Assembly: GCA_018062585.1 (NCBI GenBank)
Contig: JAGORY010000001.1
Span: 1 to 63,164 of the forward strand
Source of the DNA: Candidatus Peribacteraceae bacterium
GTDB lineage: Bacteria; Patescibacteriota; Gracilibacteria; Peribacterales; Peribacteraceae
Length of the DNA stretch: 63,164 nt
Reading direction: 5' to 3'
The notes beneath the pieces are model-generated. The model searched no databases. It saw only the letters and a program-made list of their open reading frames with translations, and had not been told where the DNA came from. A program made the position numbers and the translations under genes. This document shows, piece after piece, positions 17,529 through 25,225 of the stretch; position 1 is the stretch's first letter; each line of letters begins with the position of its first letter.

Positions 17529-19103
17529 TCACTCCATCGAAACAAACGACTGCGTCTCGACCTTGGGGCCGAAATCTTTCATATCCTCCTCCCGTTCAAA
17601 CAGCGTCGAAAGTAACCAGAAACCGCCGACCACGTACAGAAGCGCCGGAACGAGGATAATGCCGATACTACTGAGGAAATGGTCTGGGCTCATGCCGAGA
17701 AGCGCGCCCACGGTACCCGGTCGACCGGGCAGCACTTCGGGCAGCGAAACGATGAAGTCGAAAAGTCCGTGAAGCACGATCGAATAGAAGAGCCCTTTCG
17801 TCATCTGCACGCGGGCATACAGTGTTTCGGTCCTGAGATTCAGCATACGATGAAGCCCCATGACGATGGGATGCGTGCGTCCAGATTCGAATTGCTTGCG
17901 AAGAATCGGGGAAGCGAAGAACGCAAGGCCGAAGTAATAACCGAGAACACCGGTTGCCAGAATGTGCAGCATCATCGTGAGCACGCCGCGTCCGACGACT
18001 GCCCCAATGAGCGGGCCCCATTGCGGCGACGGTGACTCGATAAGATAATCCGTGACGAAGCCGACGAAGTACGTGGGGTTGGCAAGATTTTCGGCAAACG
18101 CAAATCCGATTGCCACGATGATCGCGAGCTGCATCGTGTCATCAATGGAGCGGAAAATCTGGCGGCTGCTCTGTTTCAAGACCCAGAATTTACTGATTTC
18201 CTCGATGACTCCGACGATGAGATAGGTGACCAGTGTCACGAGAACGATGGACGTGGAACCTGTCGCGCCTTTGAAAATGCTTTCCGAGACGAATTGCTGA
18301 GACGACCCCCCGAAGTTGATCGGCACGACGCGGAACAGGAAAAAATTAAGCTCGATGCCGTGCACCATGAGCTCGTGATAAAACAAAATCGGTACGGTAC
18401 TCAGCATGCCCGCGAAGAATGCGAGAAGTACCACTGAGATGCGCTCTTTATGATAGCCAAGAAAGAGTCTGCACCACACGAGGACCGGAACCAGCGCGAT
18501 GACCGCGGCAATGCCGGTAGCGAGAAGTTCGGTCTGCGTTTTGTAGCGGAGAATGGCATAACACACCCAGAACAAGAACGTACCGAGCACCGTCGCCTTA
18601 ATGGACGTGCTCCACGGACCGAAGAGGAATCTCCAGCCGATGACGACGCTGACGAAACCGAGTGCCATGAGGAATGGATCTTCACCGACACCGGTCTCGA
18701 AGAATGCCCGCTTGAACACGATGAGAATCCAGGTCACGAGTGTGCCGAGGACGAACGCGTAGAAATACTTGTAGCGGTCCTTGCCGCCGTGCCAGCGCCT
18801 CTGATCAAAGATGCCGAATGCCAAAATGGCGAGGAAGACAAAGAGTGTGCGGTAGACAGCCGTAGATCCGGTGAGCGATTTCAGGGACGTATTCTTGCCG
18901 TACTTAAGCGACAGGAAAAACAAGAGTCCTGCAATGACGACGGATATGGCGATGGCCCCGAGCTTCGGGAGATACGGATGACGTTTCTCGATGCTGGCGA
19001 GAGACTGCTCTTCAGCCGTTTTCACATTCATCACACCGGTCCACACCCGAATGAGGATGAATGCCGCGCCAATCGCGCCGATGACCGCAAGAATTTGGAA
19101 CAT
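17529..19103 (-). CDS. polytopic membrane protein with PrsW-family intramembrane protease core
   Basis: PrsW-type motifs are present: EEISKF, GFAFAEN, LHGLFDF. It has many TM helices and a long N-terminal extension. Confidence 0.65.
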   Translation of the reverse strand: MFQILAVIGAIGAAFILIRVWTGVMNVKTAEEQSLASIEKRHPYLPKLGAIAISVVIAGLLFFLSLKYGKNTSLKSLTGSTAVYRTLFVFLAILAFGIFDQRRWHGGKDRYKYFYAFVLGTLVTWILIVFKRAFFETGVGEDPFLMALGFVSVVIGWRFLFGPWSTSIKATVLGTFLFWVCYAILRYKTQTELLATGIAAVIALVPVLVWCRLFLGYHKERISVVLLAFFAGMLSTVPILFYHELMVHGIELNFFLFRVVPINFGGSSQQFVSESIFKGATGSTSIVLVTLVTYLIVGVIEEISKFWVLKQSSRQIFRSIDDTMQLAIIVAIGFAFAENLANPTYFVGFVTDYLIESPSPQWGPLIGAVVGRGVLTMMLHILATGVLGYYFGLAFFASPILRKQFESGRTHPIVMGLHRMLNLRTETLYARVQMTKGLFYSIVLHGLFDFIVSLPEVLPGRPGTVGALLGMSPDHFLSSIGIILVPALLYVVGGFWLLSTLFEREEDMKDFGPKVETQSFVSME

Positions 19104-19197
19104 GTTTGTTTTTCAGTTAATCCATTGATTATAGCATGTTCAGGCCTTAAAGGGAACATACCAAACGGCGAGGCTACCCCGAATCAGCGTTCGAGGC

Positions 19198-19203
19198 TAG
19201 AAT
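19198..19203 (+). promoter_or_regulatory. -10 hexamer TAGAAT 6 nt upstream of the glyQS ATG (leaderless-type arrangement)
   Basis: The sequence reads TAGAAT cctttc ATG. No SD and no clear -35 are seen. Confidence 0.35.
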
Positions 19204-19209
19204 CCTTTC

Positions 19210-20607
19210 ATGCCAGCCCCCTCACTCGATGCATTAGTCTCTCTCTGCAAGCGCCGCGGATTCATCTTCCCGGGCTCGGAAATTTACGGAGGACTCGCGA
19301 ACACGTGGGACTACGGACCGCTTGGACTTGAGATCAAGAACCGCATTCAACGTGAATGGTGGAGACGTTTCGTCCACACCCGCAAAGATATGGTCGGCAT
19401 CGAGACCGGCATTCTTATGAACCCCAAAGTTTGGGAAGCAAGCGGTCACGTCTCGAACTTCGGTGATCCTCTCGTTGATTGCAAAAAGTGCAACCAGCGT
19501 TTCCGCGGTGACAAACTTCTCGAAGAAAAAATCGGCGTGGAAGGTGCGGCCGTGTTGACGCTTGATCAGGTACAACCAATGCTCGTCGCCGAGAAAATAA
19601 AATGTCCATCGTGCGGAAGCGTCGACTGGGCAGTTGCTAAGAAATTCAACCTCATGTTCAAGACCCAGCAGGGCGTCATCGAGGGCGAAGGTGCCGACAT
19701 TTACCTGCGTCCCGAGACCGCACAAGGCATGTTCGTGAACTTCAAGAATATCGCGAATACTAGCCGCAAAAGGCTTCCCTTTGGAGTCGCCCAAGTAGGC
19801 ACGGTGTTCCGCAATGAAATCACGCCAGGCAACTTCACGTTCCGCACCCGCGAGTTCCAGCAGATGGAGATCGAATACTTCGTGGAACCCGGTACCGAAG
19901 GACCGATCTTCGAGACATGGAAAGATGCGATGTGGCAGTGGTGCCTCGATATCGGGCTCTCTCCCGAACGTCTCCGCGTCCGCGAACACACGAAGGAAGA
20001 ACTCTCGCATTACTCGTCCCGCACGCTCGACATCGAATACAAGTATCCGTGGGGATGGGGCGAACTCTACGGCCTCGCGAACCGCGCAGACTTTGATCTC
20101 TCGCAGCATGCCAAGTTCAGCGGACAGGACATGACGTACACGGATCCCGATGATCCGACGAAGAAGTTCGTGCCCTACGTCATCGAGCCCACGTTCGGCC
20201 TCACGCGCACGGTGCTTTCAATTCTTTTGGAAGCATACGAAGACGAAAAACTGGAAGGAGACGACAGTCGCACGGTGCTCCATCTAAAACCGTTCATCGC
20301 TCCTTTCGATCTCGCGATTCTGCCGCTCTCGAAGAAAGAACATCTAAGCAAGTACGCCGACGAGCTCCACGCAAAACTGGTCGCCGAAACCGGACTCGTT
20401 ATCGACTACGATGTCACGGGCAGTATCGGCAAACGTTATCGACGTCAGGATGAAATCGGCACGCCTTCGTGTGTAACCGTAGACTTCGGCACGATCGGCG
20501 AAGACGCGGCGCAGGGTGAAAAAGACACAGTGACAATCCGCGACCGCGACACCCAGAAGCAGGACCGCCTCACGATCTCGGCACTCATCGACGTGCTGAA
20601 GAAATGA
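19210..20607 (+). CDS. glyQS: glycine--tRNA ligase (dimeric class II type)
   Basis: 465 aa. The N-terminus LVSLCKRRGFIFPGSEIYGGLANTWDYGPLG is followed by class II motifs. Confidence 0.95.
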   Translation: MPAPSLDALVSLCKRRGFIFPGSEIYGGLANTWDYGPLGLEIKNRIQREWWRRFVHTRKDMVGIETGILMNPKVWEASGHVSNFGDPLVDCKKCNQRFRGDKLLEEKIGVEGAAVLTLDQVQPMLVAEKIKCPSCGSVDWAVAKKFNLMFKTQQGVIEGEGADIYLRPETAQGMFVNFKNIANTSRKRLPFGVAQVGTVFRNEITPGNFTFRTREFQQMEIEYFVEPGTEGPIFETWKDAMWQWCLDIGLSPERLRVREHTKEELSHYSSRTLDIEYKYPWGWGELYGLANRADFDLSQHAKFSGQDMTYTDPDDPTKKFVPYVIEPTFGLTRTVLSILLEAYEDEKLEGDDSRTVLHLKPFIAPFDLAILPLSKKEHLSKYADELHAKLVAETGLVIDYDVTGSIGKRYRRQDEIGTPSCVTVDFGTIGEDAAQGEKDTVTIRDRDTQKQDRLTISALIDVLKK

Positions 20608-20638
20608 AAAATGAAGAGTGAAGAGTGAAAAATGACAG
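20604..20638 (+). repeat. heptamer tandem array (ATGAAAA ATGAAGA GTGAAGA GTGAAAA ATGACAG)
   Basis: Five 7-nt units. The first TGA (20605-20607) is the glyQS stop codon. Confidence 0.6.
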
Positions 20639-20682
20639 AATTTGGGCTATTTGCTTCTTCTGGAAGGTTAAAGTGCAATTTA

Positions 20683-20711
20683 TTGACATTTGGTCAAATA
20701 TATTGTATTTT
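20683..20711 (+). promoter_or_regulatory. candidate promoter TTGACA-17-TATTTT
   Basis: -35 at 20683-20688 and -10 at 20706-20711, in the AT-rich spacer upstream of the 20834 gene. Confidence 0.35.
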
Positions 20712-20833
20712 CTCTAAGTCAGAGCCGCTTGGCATGAATTGGCTGTTCAGGCACGTTCATTCATAGCATCGGCTACTTTACAATTTTTTGTTTCGTTTCA
20801 CCCTTTTTGGAGGCCGGACATTCCGGTAATGAC

Positions 20834-22474
20834 ATGTTTAAGAGAAAATTGGCTCGTCAGATTCGGATCGCGAAGAAGGCAACTCGGAGACTTCTGTTCG
20901 AACGGTTGTGCGAAAGGATGGTTCTCAACGGAGATCCACTTTATGCAACCAATGTTCAAAGTCTCGACGTGAATGGCGACGGATTCGTCGCTGCGTCAGA
21001 TGTCCTAAATATCTTCAACGAGCTAACCCGAAACGGAAGTGGTGTTTTTAACCCATTCCGTCCGGGCGAGATCGTTGGATATTTCGACGTCAACGGCGAT
21101 GGGTTTACGACGCCCGTCGACGCACTGATCGTCATAAACTACCTGAACATCTACGGTCCAGGACCGGCGCCGACACCTGCGGTGAACAATTTGTCGCCGG
21201 TCGGTTTCCCGATGAACGTCAGCGTTCAGGAAGGAACCACGATTTTCTTCGTGGCTCCGTTCTTTGACCCGGAAGGTGGAAGTCTTGACGTTGTGGTTGG
21301 ATCGGACCAGCCGGACGGAAACTTGATTCGTCAAGCTGACGGATACACGTTTTCGTATGAAGCTGGGCCGTTCCCGCAGGCCGACAGATTTTCGTTGATT
21401 GCGGTGGATGACCACGGTCAAGCAACCGAGGTTCCCATCACCATTAACGTGATCTTGGGCCCCGGCCCGCATGCGCCTTTCGTGCGAACGGATGACATCG
21501 ATGTCGTCCGTAACACTCCGCGTGAATTCGAAGTCCTCGGGAACGACTTCGATGCCGACGGCGACAGCTTTTCGATCTTGGCTCATGAAGAGCCTCAGAA
21601 CGGAATTCTCGAAGATCTGGACAATGGGAACTTCCGATACACGCCCAACGTCAACTTCGAGGGCGCCGATGCTTTCCAATATACGATCCGGGACTCGACC
21701 GGACTGGAAGGCAGCGGTTTTGTCCGGCTGTTCGTGCGTCTGAATAACGTACCGACAGCGCTCAATCCGACTCTCAGCACCAGGGAAGACATGCCGTCTC
21801 CGACATTCGGAGTGGCGCAGCTAGGATCGGACCCGGATCAGGATGATCTGACTGTCACGTTCGGGACTCCTGGCAACGGCTTCATTGAAGCCGTCCCCGG
21901 AGGACATCGGTACATCCCGAACACCAATTTCAACGGAACGGATTCCGTAAGCTATAGAGTTTCTGATGGAGTCGAGGAGGCGCAAGGGCTCATCACGTTC
22001 ATCGTGGAAGAGCCACGCTTCACCGGTCCGATGGTGAATCGTGGAGACTTGGTCTTCGCTGTCGTCGAGTTCAACGGCGGTGTGCTTTATAACCACACTG
22101 CGCAGCATTACCAGGACATCGGGCCCAGTCATCCGGACTACGCATTCATTGAAGAAGCGTACACCGAAGGATGGATCCAAGGAGGCTATGCAGCCGGCTC
22201 GAGATTCTACGTCGAACGCAGCGTCACCTACGGTGAACTGGCATATCTCTTGGACCAGGCCTTCGGCCTTCCGGGCGAGGATTTCGTTTCCTCAGCGTTG
22301 GCGGTGTGCGCAATCACGCCCGACCAAGCAAATCGCCTGGCCGATAACCCGACGCGACATGAAGTATTCCGCGCCTTCGCAGCGGTTGATCACGGCGGAA
22401 GCTGTGATCTGACCGAAAGCGAGCTCGAATCGCTCGCTCGAGATGTTGCAACTTTCTTAGGAACAACCTACTAA
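20834..22474 (+). CDS. secreted repeat protein: dockerin/EF-hand-like DVNGDG repeats, cadherin/VCBS-like Ig repeats, SLH-like C-terminus
   Basis: Motifs: RRLLFERLCERMVLNGD, DVNGDGFVAASDVLNIFNEL, DVNGDGFTTPVDALIVINYLN, VLGNDFDADGDSFSI. The ORF-track start at 20807 is TTG; the first ATG is at 20834. Confidence 0.65.
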   Translation: MFKRKLARQIRIAKKATRRLLFERLCERMVLNGDPLYATNVQSLDVNGDGFVAASDVLNIFNELTRNGSGVFNPFRPGEIVGYFDVNGDGFTTPVDALIVINYLNIYGPGPAPTPAVNNLSPVGFPMNVSVQEGTTIFFVAPFFDPEGGSLDVVVGSDQPDGNLIRQADGYTFSYEAGPFPQADRFSLIAVDDHGQATEVPITINVILGPGPHAPFVRTDDIDVVRNTPREFEVLGNDFDADGDSFSILAHEEPQNGILEDLDNGNFRYTPNVNFEGADAFQYTIRDSTGLEGSGFVRLFVRLNNVPTALNPTLSTREDMPSPTFGVAQLGSDPDQDDLTVTFGTPGNGFIEAVPGGHRYIPNTNFNGTDSVSYRVSDGVEEAQGLITFIVEEPRFTGPMVNRGDLVFAVVEFNGGVLYNHTAQHYQDIGPSHPDYAFIEEAYTEGWIQGGYAAGSRFYVERSVTYGELAYLLDQAFGLPGEDFVSSALAVCAITPDQANRLADNPTRHEVFRAFAAVDHGGSCDLTESELESLARDVATFLGTTY

Positions 22475-22532
22475 CTTTTTTTAGCCCGGGACGTTCCCGG
22501 GCGGTAGCCGATTCGGATGAACACCTTTAGAA

Positions 22533-22556
22533 CCGCCGGGCAATCCGGCGGTTTTT
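22533..22556 (+). terminator. intrinsic terminator
   Basis: Stem CCGCCGG-gcaat-CCGGCGG followed by TTTTT. Confidence 0.7.
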
Positions 22557-22605
22557 ACTGTGCGTACGTAACTGCTCACTGATCTTGTGTATTCCTACTC
22601 CTCAT

Positions 22606-22758
22606 CCGGCCCCCACCCCCGACCCCTCCCCCCGGCTCTGAGGAGCAGCGGGGTGAGGGGAGCTTCGTTCTTCCTGTTTCGTAAAAAATGTTCCCCTCCC
22701 CCGGCTTGTCCCTCAGGACCCGGGGGAGGGTGGCTCCGCAGAGCCGGGTGGGGGCCGG
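22606..22758 (-). repeat. ~150-nt long-hairpin repeat, copy B (inverted relative to copy A)
   Basis: The outer helix 22606-22618/22746-22758 is 13 bp and perfect; the inner helices are imperfect. The reverse complement aligns with 198-350. Confidence 0.75.
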
Positions 22759-22880
22759 AGAAGGCATAGCATAAATAAGTGTGAGAGTAAGAACGCAGGG
22801 TCGGTGCGCAGTTACGTTTCTAAGGCTTGCCGGACGGCTTCCAGACGTGTATAAAGTCTGGGCTTTAGACAATCCTCCCC

Positions 22881-22944
22881 GACCGATCGCGCGGTCCTGA
22901 TCGCGCCGAAGCGCGATCACCCTGAGTAACATCGAAGGGTGATC
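22881..22944. other. cluster of GC-rich, mutually exclusive hairpins in unannotated DNA upstream of rpsB (possible structured RNA or leader)
   Basis: GACCG-atcgcg-CGGTC at 22881-22896. GATCGCGC-cgaa-GCGCGATC at 22899-22918. GATCACCC-n14-GGGTGATC at 22915-22944. An extra GATCGCGC lies at 22885-22892. Confidence 0.3.
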
Positions 22945-23060
22945 ACCGCCAAAGCCGAGATCCTCCGCAATGTGCGAAATGACGTCAGGGAGTAGACCCC
23001 AAGGATGTATCCATTTATCCCCCAATTAGCGCTTTCATCGGCGCACTTCCCCACATACGT

Positions 23061-23768
23061 ATGGCGATTCCGTCAACGAAAGACTTGATCTCCGCAGCGG
23101 TCCACTTCGGACACCGCAAAGAAAAGTGGAACCCGAAAATGAAGCACGACCTCTTCGGCGTCCGCCGCGGCGTGCACATCTTCGACATCGAGAAGACTGA
23201 GTCCGCGCTCAAGAAAACGTGCGAGGAACTCCGCTCGATGCAGAAGTCCGGCAAAACGATCCTCTTCGTCTCCACGAAGCTTCAGGCCCTCAACTCCATC
23301 GAGGAGACGAGTCGCGCGCTCGGTCAGCCGGTCGTCACAAAGAAGTGGGTCCCAGGGCTGCTCACAAACTGGTCCACGATCAAGAACCGTATCCGTTACT
23401 ACCTCGATCTTCAGCAGTCATTCCGCACTGGCGACGTCGAGAAGTACACGAAGAAAGAGCAGGTCGTTCTCAGGAAAGAACTCGCCAAGCTCGATGCCGG
23501 TTTCTCGGGTGTTGCAACAATGAAAGGTCTCCCTGACGCCGTGTTCGTCATCGATGCCGTCCGCGACAGAGTGGCCGTTCTCGAGGCTCGCAAGCTCGGC
23601 ATCCCCGTCTTCGGCATCTGCGACAGCAACGCGGATCCGGACGACTTCAAAGTCTACATTCCGGCCAATGACGACGCTATAAAATCTATCGAAATGATCC
23701 TGAGCTGCATCAAGACCGAACTCGAAGGCGCCAAGCCAGCCAAGACTGAGGAGTCTACGAAGGCGTAG
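23061..23768 (+). CDS. rpsB: 30S ribosomal protein S2
   Basis: 235 aa with AVHFGHRKEKWNPKM, FVSTK and DSNADPD. Confidence 0.95.
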   Translation: MAIPSTKDLISAAVHFGHRKEKWNPKMKHDLFGVRRGVHIFDIEKTESALKKTCEELRSMQKSGKTILFVSTKLQALNSIEETSRALGQPVVTKKWVPGLLTNWSTIKNRIRYYLDLQQSFRTGDVEKYTKKEQVVLRKELAKLDAGFSGVATMKGLPDAVFVIDAVRDRVAVLEARKLGIPVFGICDSNADPDDFKVYIPANDDAIKSIEMILSCIKTELEGAKPAKTEESTKA

Positions 23769-23794
23769 TCCGTATTCACTTTCCCCTTTCAACC

Positions 23795-24568
23795 ATGTCC
23801 ATCACTGCAGACCAAGTAGCCAAACTCCGCGCGCGCACTGGCAGCGGTATCCTCGACGCCAAGAACGCACTTGAGGAAGCCAAAGGAGACGAAGAACTAG
23901 CAATCGAAGTTCTTCGCAAGAGGGGCAAAGCCCAAGCCGTCAAGAAAGGCGACCGCGAACAGACTGAAGGCGCCATCTTCATTGCTACGAGCGGCACGAA
24001 GGCCGCACTCGTACAGGTCCGCTGCGAGACCGACTTCGTCGGCCGCTCCGAGGTCTTCGTGAAGATCGGCCAAGACCTCGCGGACAAACTTCTGAAAGAA
24101 GGCAAATCCGCCTTCGATGCCTTCGCTGCCGAGAAAGTCCCCGCCGCCGTCCTAGAACTCGGTGAGAATATCTCGCTCGGCGACGTGAAAGAAGTTTCGG
24201 CTCCGGTGCTCGGAACGTACGTGCATAGCAACCGCAAGATCGGCGTCATCGTCGGTCTGGATGCAGGTTCCCCAGAGCACGCCTCGGACGTCGCGATGCA
24301 TGGTGCTGCCATGAACCCGACCTACGTTCGTCCGTCCGACGTCTCGCAGGAAGTGGTCCTCAAAGAGAAAGAGATCTGGAAAGAACAGATGAAGAACGAT
24401 AAGAAGCCGCCAGAAATCCTCGAGAAGATCATGCTCGGTAAGGAAAAGAAGTTCCGCGAAGAGAACGCTCTTCTGACCCAGCCGTTCGTGAAAGACCAAA
24501 ACGTCACGGTCGAGAAGATGCTGGGCGCCTCGCAGATCACGGAGTACGTGCGCGTTTCATTCAACTAG
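23795..24568 (+). CDS. tsf: translation elongation factor Ts
   Basis: 257 aa. The UBA-like N-terminus is ITADQVAKLRARTGSGILDAKNALEEAKGD, followed by CETDFV. Confidence 0.95.
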   Translation: MSITADQVAKLRARTGSGILDAKNALEEAKGDEELAIEVLRKRGKAQAVKKGDREQTEGAIFIATSGTKAALVQVRCETDFVGRSEVFVKIGQDLADKLLKEGKSAFDAFAAEKVPAAVLELGENISLGDVKEVSAPVLGTYVHSNRKIGVIVGLDAGSPEHASDVAMHGAAMNPTYVRPSDVSQEVVLKEKEIWKEQMKNDKKPPEILEKIMLGKEKKFREENALLTQPFVKDQNVTVEKMLGASQITEYVRVSFN

Positions 24569-24583
24569 CCACTCCCATCTCAC

Positions 24584-24612
24584 AGAAAAACGTCCGAAAG
24601 GGCGTTTTTCTG
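24584..24612 (+). terminator. intrinsic terminator after tsf
   Basis: Sequence agaaaaACGTCCgaaaGGGCGTttttct. Confidence 0.6.
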
Positions 24613-24653
24613 AGGGCCCAGTCGCTGCTTATGAGCGATGACGCAAAAAAACG

Positions 24654-24682
24654 TTGAGAATAAGAACAAAACAGAGTATAAT
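24654..24682 (+). promoter_or_regulatory. sigma70-like promoter TTGAGA-17-TATAAT
   Basis: -35 at 24654-24659 and -10 at 24677-24682. The ATG at 24692 is 9 nt downstream and no SD is present. Confidence 0.5.
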
Positions 24683-24691
24683 GTGCTTTAA

Positions 24692-25069
24692 ATGGCACAG
24701 TACAAATTACTTGTCGCAGAAGATGACACGGTCCTCAGGGACCTGTATCTCCGGAAATTCGACCGCAACGTTTACGACGTGCGGACCGCAGTCAATGGCC
24801 AAGAAGTACTCGATCTCATCGCCAAAGAAAAACCAGACTTGCTGCTGCTCGATATCAACATGCCGGTGCTCGATGGTCTTGGGGTACTTGAGCGTCTACC
24901 GAAGGCCGAACGTACGTATCCGGTCATCATCCTTACGAACTTCGACGACCAAGCCAACCGTGAGCGCGGCAAGGCGTACCAAGTCGACGATTACTACGTG
25001 AAGAAGGACATGACGATCAAGTCCCTCGTCGACATGGTCGAGCGACTCATCAAGAAGCCAAGCGCGTAA
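24692..25069 (+). CDS. stand-alone response-regulator receiver domain (CheY-like)
   Basis: 125 aa with LLVAEDD, PDLLLLDINMP and ILTN. There is no output domain. Confidence 0.85.
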   Translation: MAQYKLLVAEDDTVLRDLYLRKFDRNVYDVRTAVNGQEVLDLIAKEKPDLLLLDINMPVLDGLGVLERLPKAERTYPVIILTNFDDQANRERGKAYQVDDYYVKKDMTIKSLVDMVERLIKKPSA

Positions 25070-25225
25070 GCCTTTTCTACGGCCTTGAGGCCTCTTTTTC
25101 GTGTATGCCGCTGCCCTGTGAAAAAGAGGGGTTTTCTGCTATAATAATATGATTTTCTCTAACCCACACTGAACACACGTTTTCGCATCGCTGAATAAGG
25201 ATGTCGCGTCACAAAAACAGTTAGA

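Noticed and set aside
19234-20109. 291-aa minus-strand ORF
   Set aside because: It is antisense to glyQS, which has strong family signatures, and no motif is recognised in it.
22576-23025. 149-aa minus-strand ORF as a real gene
   Set aside because: Its C-terminal half is translated from long-hairpin repeat B and it has no motif. It is kept only as part of the unannotated-region finding.
22770-23040. tmRNA, SRP RNA, RNase P RNA or 6S RNA in the gap upstream of rpsB
   Set aside because: I looked on both strands for tmRNA ends (GGGG...UUCGA and a T-arm/ACCA 3' end), the SRP domain IV motif (GGAA/AGCA around GUCAGG) and the RNase P GGAAAGUCCGG block. None is present, and the region is too short for RNase P. 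An Infernal scan is still needed.
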